Assembly: GCA_028826165.1 (NCBI GenBank)
Contig: JAPDFW010000110.1
Coordinates: forward strand, 62,001-126,000
DNA length: 64,000 bases
Source of the DNA: Anaeramoeba ignava BMAN
Taxonomy: Eukaryota; Protista; Anaeramoebae
Direction of reading: 5' to 3'
Both the position numbers and the translations under genes were made by a program. Positions within the stretch are counted from its first letter, which is position 1. The number at the start of each line of letters is the position of its first letter. Positions 24,981 through 36,208 of the stretch are shown here, one piece after another. Under the pieces are notes generated by a model. It did no database searches, had not been told where the DNA came from, and saw only the letters and a program-made list of their open reading frames with translations.

Positions 24981-27900
24981 ATGGAAATAAATTTAGATGA
25001 AGTTGTTGAAGATTCACCAATGTTTCAAGCTCAAATTCATTCATTTGAAGAACAAACATTTGAACTAAGAACTTATTTAATGAAATTAACAAAACTTTCA
25101 TCACAATATGCAAAAGCAGCTGCAAGTAAAAAAAAATTTTAAAAATAAAAAAAAAACGAAAAAATTTTTTCGCTTTTAAAATTTTGTCTTTTTTCTTTTT
25201 TTTTTTTCTTTTAAAAAGATATGGCCGAAATTGGAAAACAATTATCAGAAGAAATTTTAAATTATAATGATTTACCTTTTTCTCATTTTAGTGATCCACA
25301 ACAAAGTATATTTTTTTGTTTTTGAAAAATATTTTTTTTTTAATCCAAAATAACCATAAAAAATTTTAAAACAAAAAGACCAACATATAATTTCTTTTTC
25401 TAATTTAATTCGTAGCATAAATGATTCAATCAACATTCATGTAACAATTTATAAACATTTAATTATAAATTTATAACTAAATTTATAACAAAATTTATAA
25501 TCAAATTTATACAAAATTTATAATTAAATTTATAACAAAATTTATAACAAAATTTATAATTAAATTTATAATTATATTTATAACAAAATTTATAATTAAA
25601 TTTATAATTATATTTATAATCAAATTTATAATTATATTTATAATCAAATTTATAATCAAATTTATAATTAAATTTATAATTAAATTTATAATTAAATTTA
25701 TAATAAAAATTTTATAATAATAAAATTTTTATAATTAAAATTATAATTAAATTTATAATAAAATTTATAATTAAAATTATAATTAAAATTATAATTAAAT
25801 TTATAATTAAATTTATAATTAAATTTATAATTAAATTTATATTTTAAAATTATAAATAAAAATTTATAATCAAAAATTTATAATTAAATTTATAATTAAA
25901 TTTATAAACTTAAATTTATAATTAAATTTTAATAAATTTATAATTAAATTTATAATAAAAATTATAATTAAATTTATAACAAAATTGATAATTAAATTTA
26001 TAATTAAATTAAAAATTTATAATTAAATTTATAACTAAATTTATAATTAAAATTTATAATTAAATTTATAATTAAATTTATAATTAAATTTATAATTAAA
26101 TTTATAATTAAATTTATAATTAAATTTATAATTAAATTTATAATTAAATTTATAATTTAAATTTATAATCAAATTTATAATCAAATTTATAATTAAATTT
26201 ATAATTAAATTTATAATTAAATTTATAATTAAATTTATAATTAAATTTATAATTAAATTTATAATTAAATTTATATATTTAAAATTAAATTTAAATTATA
26301 ATTAAATTTATAATTAAATTTATAATTAAATTTATAATTAAATTTATAATTAAAATTTATAATTAAATTTATAATTAAAATTTTATAATTAAATTTATAA
26401 TTAAATTTATAATAAAATTTATAATTAAATTTATAATTAAATTTATAATTAAATTTATAATTAAATTTATAAATAAATTTATAATTAAATTTATAATTAA
26501 ATTTATAATTAAATTTATAATTATATTTATAATTAAATTTATACTTAAATTTATAAAAATTTATATCAAAATTTATAATTAAATTTATAATTAAATTTAT
26601 AATTAAATTTATAATTAAATTTATAATTATATTTATAATTAAATTTATAATTAAATTTATAATTAAATTTATAATTAAATTTATAATTAAATTTATAATT
26701 AAATTTATAATTAAATTTATATCAAAATTTATATCAAAATTTATAATCAAATTTATAATTAAATTTATAATCAAATTTATATCAAAATTTATAATCAAAT
26801 TTATCAAAATTTATAATCAAATTTATATCAAAATTTATATCAAAATTTATATCAAAATTTATATCAAAATATCAAAATTTATATCAAAATTTATAAATAA
26901 ATTTATATTGAAAAAGTTTTCACAATTTGATATTTCTTTCTCCGTTCCAATTCAATCATTTATTGATCAAGACATTAACAAATCCAAAGAAGCAAGAAAA
27001 AAATTAGATAAAGCATTTTCAGAAAGAAATTCAAGTTTAACAAAATACCTATCAATGTCACCAAAAAAAGATCCAAAAATTTATGAAGAAGCAAAATTAG
27101 AATTTAGAAATTCACAAGAAAAACATACATCATCAAATTTTGAACTCGTTTCAATTTTAAGAGGAATTCAAGAAAAAATGAAATTTGAATTCATAGAAAG
27201 AATTTGTTCTTTAATGTATATTCTTTATGCTTTTTTTCGTTCTGGTGATGATATGATAGTTGAAAAAAAATCTGAACTTGATTCTCTAACTTCAAATCTT
27301 GAAACAACTAAACAAAATTATGAAAAATTTGTTCAACAAGGAGCAGAACAAAGAGAAAAATTAAAAAATGTATTTCTGTTTCATAAAAAATCTTAATTTA
27401 AATTTTAAATTTAAATTTTTAATTGAATTTTTTAGATTTTGATTGAACAAGAAAAAATTAAAGAAAAAAATTCAAATACACTTGAAAAAAGAGGATATTT
27501 ATTACAAAAAACAACTTCAAAAGTTAAAACTTGGAAAAGAAGATTTTTCGAAATTAAAGATCATAAAATTTATTATTATCGAAATTGGAAAGTAAAAAAA
27601 AAAAAAATTTTTTATTTTTTGGGAAATTTTTTTTTTGACATTTTTTTTCTAATTTAGGATTTAACACAAATGGGTGAAACAGATCTTCTTTTTTGTACAA
27701 TTAAAATATCAACTGATTTTAACAGAAGAAATTGTTTCGAAATCATTTCAACAAAAGAATCTTATATTCTTCAAGCAGAAACAGAAGAAGAAACAAGAAG
27801 TTGGATCGAAGTAGTTCAAAACAATATATCTTTATTATTAAATTCAACAGATGTGAGTGAGAAAACACAAACAGGAAGAATACAAACAAATGAAACACTT

Positions 27901-29004
27901 GAAAGATTAAGCAAAGTTAACGGAAATTTGGAATGTGCAGATTGTCAAGCTAAATCGCCTGATTGGGCTTCAATTAATATGGGATGCCTCATCTGCATTG
28001 ATTGTAGCGGAATACATCGTAGTCTTGGTGTTGATTTTTCTCAAGTTCGTTCAACAAAACTTGATGTTTGGGAACCTTCTGTTTTATCTTTAATGGAAAA
28101 CCTTGGAAATGAAAAAGTGAATTCTGTTTTGGAACAGCAACTTGGCAAAATTACAAAGCCAAATGCAGATGATAACTCACTCACAAAGCGAGCATTCATA
28201 ATCAGGAAATATTGCAAAAGAGAATTTGTTGTTGGTTTTCTTTCCAGTATTAAAGCAACTGATGAAAAAAAAAAAAGGATTGAAGAATTAACTGAAAAAT
28301 GCCACGTGGTGATTAAAAAACAAGAACTTTTGGAAGTATTTCGTTTGTTGGCACAAGGAGCCTCTATTATTTGGCAGAACCCCAAAGAAGACGGAAACAC
28401 CCTTGTTCACACCGCGGCTTTGGTTGGCAATATGGACATTTTGGAGCTTATTCTGTTAAATGCAACAAAGGATGTCGAAACGCTTAACAAAAATCAACAA
28501 ACACCACTTCATTGTGCAGTTATCGGAAATCATCCCAGAGTGGTTCGCAGATTACTTGATCAAGGACTGGGGAAAAAATTCACAAATATTTCAGAAAACC
28601 AACCCAGAGAAGCCATTTCTCCAAAGGACTTGGCTGAAATGATGGGTCATCAAGAATGTATCAGAGTTTTTCTTGGTGAAGATCCTCAAGATATTGAACA
28701 AGAATCAAAAAATGAAGAAAAACCAGTTGAGAACCAAGAAAAACAAACAGAAAAAAACACTCTCGAAAATCAAGAGGAACAATCTCAAGAAAAAGTGGAA
28801 CAACTTCAAGAAAAAGTGGAACAATCTCAAGAAAAAGAGAAACAATCTTTTATTATTCCTATTAAGAAAAAAACTCTTCCTCCTCTTCCAAATAAATTTG
28901 GTGAAAAACCAAAAACAAAAATAAGAACAAAATCTCTTCATAGAAAACTTCCTCAACTTCCTCCTTTAGCAAATATAAAACCTCAACGTTCTAAAAGAGA
29001 TTAA
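24981..29004 (+). CDS. ACAP/centaurin-beta-like ArfGAP (BAR-PH-ArfGAP-ANK); exons 24981-25125, 25219-25305, 25379-25440, 26917-27369, 27436-27591, 27658-29004
   Basis: EDSPMFQ BAR start; PH KRGYL..WKRRFF; ArfGAP zinc finger CADC..PDWASINMGCLICIDCSGIHR; ankyrin repeats; Pro-rich tail. Confidence 0.9.
25450..26905 (+). repeat. Intronic 12-mer satellite (AATTAAATTTAT)n
   Basis: Inside intron 25441-26916. Confidence 0.9.
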
Positions 29005-29123
29005 AATAATCCATTTCTTGTTTTTTTGCTTTTTTTTTTTTAAATAACAAAATTGAATGAAAAACAAAATTTTTTTTTTCCTTTTTTTTCATTTTTTTCC
29101 TTTTTTTTTAAAAAAATAATAAA

Positions 29124-32100
29124 ATGGAACATAAAAAAGAACAAAAACAAATTTTATTACAAAAAATAAATGAAATGAAACAATTTCCACAAAATGAAGA
29201 AATTCAACAAAACGGATCTATTTTTATAAGAAATTTTGTTAAAGAATTTGGAAGTAAAAATTAAATCAAAAAAACAAATTTTATTTATTTAAATTAAATT
29301 TTTTTATTTAAAAATAAAAGTTGATAATTTAAAAGAAACTTCAAGAATACAAATTTTTTTTGAATCAATAAAAAATTTTCCACAAAATAAAATTATTCAA
29401 GAAAATTGTATTTTTATCATTTCCAAAATTAATTTTGAGAAAGGTATTTAAAAAAATCAAAAATCAAAAAATCAAAAAAAGCAAAATTATTCAATTTATA
29501 AATTCATTTTAAAAAAATAAAAAAAAAAAAAAAAGAAACTCAAGATCAAATTAGAAATACAAATGGAATTGATTTAATTATAAAAGCAATGAATAATTTT
29601 ATTGAAAATGAAGATATTCAAAAAAGTGGATGTGGAGCTTTATGGAATATTTCATTAAGGAATCAAAGTAAATTAATTTATATTTAAAAAATTTAATTAT
29701 AAAAATTAATTTATTTAAAAAAATCAAAAAGAAAATCGAGAACAAATTAGAATTTTAAATGGAATTAAAGCAATTACGCAAGCTATGAAAAATTTCCCAA
29801 ATAATGAAGATATACAAAAAGAAGGATCTGAATCTTTATGGTGTATAGCTGTGAATAGTGAAAGTAAATATGAATTAAAAATTAAAATTAAATTTGAAAA
29901 CAAAAATTAAATATAATATAATATAATAAAGAGAATAAAGATGAAATTAGAAATACAAATGGAATTGATTTAATTATTGAAGCAATGAATAATTTTATCG
30001 AAAATGAAGATATTCAAGAAAATGGATGTGGAGCTTTATGGACTATTGCTGTAAATAATCAAGGTAAATTAATTTATATTTAAAAAATTTAATTACAAAA
30101 ATTAATTTAATTATAAAAAAATCAAAAAGAAAATCGAGAACAAATTAGAATTTTAAATGGAATCGAGGCAATTATACAAGCTATGAAAAAATTTTCAGAA
30201 AATAAAGATATTCAATATCAAGGATGTGGAGCTTTATGGAATATTTCTGTAGAAAATACAGGTATTTATAAAATAAAATCAAATCAAATCAAAATCAAAT
30301 TTAAATCAAATTAAATCAAATTAAATCAAATCAAATCAAATCAAATCAAATTTAATCAAATTAAATCAAATCAAAATCAAATTAAAATCAAAAAAATCAA
30401 ATCAAATCAAAATTAAATTTAAATTAAATTTAAATCAAATCAAATCAAATCAAAATTAAATTAAATCAATTTAAATCAAATCAAATTAAATCAAATTAAA
30501 TCAAATTAAATCAAATTTAAATCAAATTTAAATCAAATTTAAATTTAAATAAATCAAAATCAAATCAAATTAAATCAAATTAAATCAAATCAAAATCAAA
30601 ATTAAATTTAAATTAAATTTAAATCAAATTAAATCAAATTTAAATTAAATTAAAATTAAATCAAATTTAATCAAATTAAATTAAATCAAATTCAAAATTA
30701 AATCAAATTAAATTAAATCAAATTAAACTCAAATCAAATCAAATCAAATCAAATCAAATCAAATCAAATCAAATTAAATTAAATCAAATCAAATTCAAAT
30801 CAAAATTAAATTAAATTAAATCAAATCAATTTAAATTAAATTAAAATCAAAATTAAATCAATTAAATCAAATTTAAATCAAATTAAATCAAATCAAATTA
30901 AAAAATCAAATCAAATCCAAATCAAATTAAAATCAAATCAAAAAAATCAAATTAAAATCAAATCAAATCAAATTAAATCAAATCAAATCAAATCAAAATT
31001 AAATTAAATCAATTTAAATCAAATCAAATTAAATCGAATTAAATCAAATCAAATTAAATCGAATTAAATCAAATCAAATTAAATCAAATTAAATTAAATC
31101 AAATTTAAATCAAATTAAATCAAATCAAAATCAAATTTAATCGAATTAAATCAAATTTAAATCAAAATTAAATCGAATTAAATCAAATTAAAATTAAATC
31201 AAATTAAATCAAATCAAATTAAATCAAATCAAATCAAATCAAATCAAATCAAATTAAATTAAATTAAATCAAATCAAATTAAATCAAATTAAATCAAATT
31301 AAATCAAATTAAATTAAATTAAATCAAATTAAATCAAATTTAAATCAAATTAAATTAAATCAAATCAAATCAAATCAAATCAAATCAAATCAAATCAAAT
31401 TTAAATTAAAATTAAATCAAATTAAATCAAATTAAATCAAATTAAAATTAAATCAAATTAAATTAAATCAAAATTAAATCAAAATTAAATCAAATTAAAT
31501 TAAAATCAAATTTAAATTAAATTAAATCAAAAGATAACAAGGATAAAATTAGAGAATTGGAAGGAATTAATTACATTATAAAAGCTATGGAAAAGTTTCC
31601 AAAGAAGAAAAAGATACAAGAAAATGGATGTGGAGCATTATGGAATATTTCTCCAAATAGAAGTAAGTTTAAATTCCAAATTTTAAATTCCAAATTTTAA
31701 ATTTCAAATTTCAAATTAAAAAACAAAAAAAGAGAATAAAATTGAAATTAGGAAATTGAATGGAATTAAAGTAATCATAAAAGCAATGGAAGAATTCCCA
31801 AACCATGAGATTATTCAAGAAAATGGATGTGGAGCTTTATGGACTCTTGCTTCAAGTGAGAAAGGTAAAATTTAAAAATTAAAATTTAAAATTTAAAATT
31901 AAAAATTAAAATTAAAATTAAAATTAAAATTAAAATTAAAATCAAAATCAAAATCAAATTTAAAATTAAAATTAAAATTAAAATCAAAATTTAAAAAAAA
32001 GATAATAAAAAAGAAATTGGAAAATCAAAATTAAAATCAAAATTAAAATTAAAAATTAAAATCAAAATCAAAATCAAAATTAAAATTAAAATCAAAAATT

Positions 32101-34721
32101 AAAAATTAAAATAAAAATCAAAATCAAAACCAAAATCAAAATTCAAAAATTTAATTCAAATTTAAAATTAAAAAAAAGATAATAAAAAAGAAATTGGAAA
32201 ATCGAATGGGATTAAAGCAATTATTGAAGCAATGGATAAATTTATAGATAAAAAAGATATACAAGAAAATGGATGTGGAGCTTTATGGGATATTATTGCA
32301 GATAATAAATGTGAATTTTCATCAAAATAATTTCCAAATTAAAAAAAATTTTTAATTCTCAAAAACAAAAAATATTTTCCTTAATTTTAAAATTTAGCAA
32401 ATGAAATTATATTTACAGAATTAAATGGAATTAAAACAATTTTAAACGCAATAAATCAATTCAAAATGAATACCAATTTAATTTTAAATTCAGCAAAAAT
32501 TCTCCATTTACTTTCTTCTTCAAACAATAGTAAATGTTTAAAAAGTTTTCTTTTATGTAAAATTGTTGATGAAAATGAAAATGTATAAAATTTTGAAATA
32601 GGAAATCGGATTATAATTAAAAAATTGAAAGGACTTGAAATATTAAATGATATACCATCATGTTTTGAAAAAGATATAGAAATTAAAAATAAAATAGATG
32701 ATATTTTAAGCAATCTTCTTCTTAATTCAGGTAAAAAGAAAAGAAAAGAAAAATGTTCCATTTTTTAATTGATTAATAACAACGGAAAAAAAAAATAGAT
32801 AATCTGTTTGCAATTTCAAGAAATAAAGGAATTCAACAAACAGGTGTGGTTGTTCGTCAATTCTCAGGCAATTCTTCAATAAATTTATTTAGCTCAAATT
32901 CAAGTAAGAAATTTTAAATTTTTAAAATTTTTTAATTTTCTAATTTTAAAATGTAAAAATTGAACCAAAGTTGATTTAGGAAAAATCAAAAATAACGAAG
33001 TTTGGTTTTTTAACTTTGAACAATTTGATATTTTTAACCAAAATTCCAACAAACAAATCAAAATGAATCCAATAAAAATCCCAATACCAGAAAATTATGA
33101 ATTGGTTCAACAAATTTCAACAGGAAATTATTCAACAATTTTTCTTTTTGAAAATGGAGATGCAATTGAACATTTAGGAGATTTAAATCAAGATCCTCAA
33201 CCAATTCCAATTTTTGATATCAGAAAAGTAAGTGTTGGTGAACAAAATGAAGCTGTTTTAACACCAGATGGAGTTGCATATGCAAAAGGATATGATATTA
33301 ATTCAGAAAAAAACGAATTTACTAACATTTCAGAATTAATTGATAATCAAGATGATAAAGTAATTGAAGATATTATCAGCAATTTCAAAACAGTTTATTT
33401 ATTAACTTCAAATCAAAATGCTTATGGAATTGGATCAAATGAATATGGCCAACTTGGTTTAGATCCTAAAAAAATAGAAGAAGCAAAAAGTCCTATTTTA
33501 ATGATGCAAACAATATCCAAAATTTTTTCAGGAAGTTGTTCATTTTGTGTTTTTCTTTTGAATTTAAACCAAGATTTATTTGGATGTGGAAATAATGATT
33601 ATGGTCAACTTGGTTTGGGAAAAATACAAAAAGCGCAAGAATTAACCCAAATCCAAAATATTCCAAAAGGAAAAATCATTGATATCCAAGCAGGATGGTA
33701 TCATTCTATAATGTTAATCAAAGAAAATAAGAAAACGACACTTTATTCATGTGGAGATTACCACTATAACGGACTTGGTAAGAAAGAAAACACTTACGAA
33801 TTTACTGAAATCAAATCACCTTTATTTGAAGATGATAATATTCTTGATATTTCTTGTGGAAATGATCACACTTTGATTTTAACTTCAAGTGGGAAATTAA
33901 TTGGTTTAGCAAATAATCTATATTTGTCCGAATTTAGCAATTTACTTCTTTCAAAACCAATTGAAATTGAACTTCCTAAATTATCATTTGATATTTCTAA
34001 TTATCGAATTTGTTCTGGATACAAAAATTCACTTTTCTATTCAAAATTTTTTTCAACTCTTGAAGATGATTTACTTAAATTATTCAGAAGAAAAGAATTT
34101 TGTGATATTTCATTTATAACAAAAGATGGGGGAATCATTGGAGCTCATAAATTTATTTTGGAAACTAGAATTGGACAAGGAGATCAAATTGAAGAATTTA
34201 GAGAATATATTTCACAAACATCAACTAAAGATGCAATTTGGATATTTGAAACCATTTATTCAAACAAAAAGAACTTGACTGAATCTGAAAAGGAAATAAA
34301 ACTTATTTTTAATTTAAACATAACAATCGAAGAATCAATTAAAGATATTTTTTATTTGAAAGAAGATCAAAAAGAAGAAAAAGATAAAGTGAAAAATTTT
34401 ATTATCCAAAAAAACGAAAAGCAATTTAGATTCCCCAAGTTGTTATTGATAGCAAGAAGTGAATTATATCGAGGAATGTTTTTATCCGTAAAAGATGATG
34501 AATCTAATAAAGTTACTGATTACAGTGAATTAAGTGAACAAGCTTTTGAAATTTTGGAATATTGGATTTATTCAAATGAAATCAAAGAAGAAATCACAAT
34601 CACAAGAAAAATTATTGAAGAACTTGGAACTGGAATGGATTATTTCCAATTAAATGAATCACATCCAAATTTAGTTGATTTATTAATGGAGAAATTTCAA
34701 GAACAAGAAAAAAAGAAATAA
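29124..34721 (+). CDS. ARM-repeat + RCC1 propeller + tandem BTB fusion protein, 13 exons (29124-29253, 29321-29443, 29536-29667, 29732-29863, 29932-30063, 30130-30261, 31534-31662, 31733-31864, 32179-32310, 32398-32529, 32602-32730, 32799-32903, 32980-34721)
   Basis: Repeated GIxxIIxAMxxF..IQExGCGALWNI ARM units missed by the ORF track; all introns phase 1 GT-AG; last exon runs in frame into the 33063 RCC1-BTB ORF. Confidence 0.78.
30275..31530 (+). repeat. Intronic pentamer satellite (AAATC/AAATT)n
   Basis: Inside intron 30262-31533. Confidence 0.9.
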
Positions 34722-34834
34722 AAAAATTTTTTTTTTTTGATTTTTTTTGATTTCATTTTTTTCCTTTTCAAATAAATTCAATTTCATTCATTTTCTTTTA
34801 ATTTAATTTTTAAATAAATTTTCATTTAATTTTT

Positions 34835-35845
34835 ATGTCTTTTGATAATCTCATTTTTAAAAAGAATTTGCTAACTCAAAGTATTGGAAGAATTTTATAT
34901 TATTTTCCCAATCAAATCACAACAACAATGGAAATAGCAAAAGAAAAATTAGAAAAAGGGAAAATAAAACATGGAACTATGATTTTAGCTGAAAAACAAA
35001 CAAAAGGACAAGGAAGAAAAAACCGAACATTTATTTCTCCATCAGGAAATTTATATTTTACATTGATATTAAAACCGTTTTCCAAAAAATGGTATGAAGA
35101 TTTTTTAAGATATAATATCGCAGCTCCTCTTGCAGTTGCTGAAACTTGCAATGAAATATTTGAAGAGAAATTAAATCAAAATTTAAATCAAAATTTAAAT
35201 CAAAATTTAGATAAAAATTTAAATCAAAATTTAAATCAAAAATTAAATGAAAATTTAAATCAAAATTTAAATCAAAATTTAAATCAAAATTTAAATCAAA
35301 ATTTGGATCAAAAAGTGGATCAAAATTTAAATCAAAATTTAAATCAAAAATTAGTTCCAAAAATTGCTAAAATTAAATGGCCTAATGATATTTGGGTTGA
35401 TTCAAAGAAAATTAGTGGTATTTTAATGAATAATTATTGTCAAGATCAAGAAAGAATTTTCGCTTTATTAGGAATTGGAATCAATATCAATTCAAATCCT
35501 TCTGATTTTGATAATTCACTTCAATCAATAACAACTTCTCTTAAACAAGAAATCAATGAATCTGTTAGTAGAGAAGGTGTTTTGGCATTGTTTTGTAATA
35601 AATTTGAAAATTTGATTGATTCTTCTCAATTTTCTTTGGAAAATTTAGTTCATAAATTTAATCAAATTGATTTGACTATAGGAAATACAATTATTGTTAT
35701 TGAAGGTCAAAATACATATCAAGCAATTTCAAGAGGTTTAATTAATAATGGTTGTTTGTTAGTTGAATTAGAAAATGGAACAAAAAGAGAAGTTTCATCT
35801 GCTGATGTTTCAATTAAACCAGAAAATTATTTTGAAAAAAAATGA
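34835..35845 (+). CDS. birA: Biotin-protein ligase (compact BirA class I-like) with in-frame (NLNQ)n insertion
   Basis: AEKQTKGQGRKNRTF, KIKWPND, KKISGIL, GIGININ, C-terminal GLINNGCLLV. Confidence 0.9.
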   Translation: MSFDNLIFKKNLLTQSIGRILYYFPNQITTTMEIAKEKLEKGKIKHGTMILAEKQTKGQGRKNRTFISPSGNLYFTLILKPFSKKWYEDFLRYNIAAPLAVAETCNEIFEEKLNQNLNQNLNQNLDKNLNQNLNQKLNENLNQNLNQNLNQNLNQNLDQKVDQNLNQNLNQKLVPKIAKIKWPNDIWVDSKKISGILMNNYCQDQERIFALLGIGININSNPSDFDNSLQSITTSLKQEINESVSREGVLALFCNKFENLIDSSQFSLENLVHKFNQIDLTIGNTIIVIEGQNTYQAISRGLINNGCLLVELENGTKREVSSADVSIKPENYFEKK

Positions 35846-36208
35846 ATTTGGAAAAAAAAAAAACTTTTTTTTTATTTGCTTTTTTTTGAAAATGAATTTG
35901 GATTGATGAAAAAAAAAAAGTTGATTTTTTTCTTTTTTTTTTGAGAATTTGTTGAAAATTTTTGAACCAAACTTGTTGAATCGAATTTTTTGAACTTATC
36001 AAATTTTGGACTGAAAAAAAAATTAATTTTTTTTTTCTTCTTTTTCTTCTTTTTCTTCTTTTTCTTCTTTTTCTTTTTGTTCTATCTTCTTCTTCTTGAA
36101 AAGAAGGGAAAAAGATCAAATCAAGAAATTTGAAAAAGAACGTTGATTAGAAAAATAAAAGGAAATGAAATTATTCTTTTTTTTTTTGTAAATTTTGAAA
36201 ATAGGAAA

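Noticed and set aside
26271-26807. ORFs such as MINLIINF.., YKSK (23441), ILILIL (47538), LNLNL/DSCL (36622), KNLNL (36902)
   Set aside because: Translations of satellites or of the antisense/alternate frames of coding repeats
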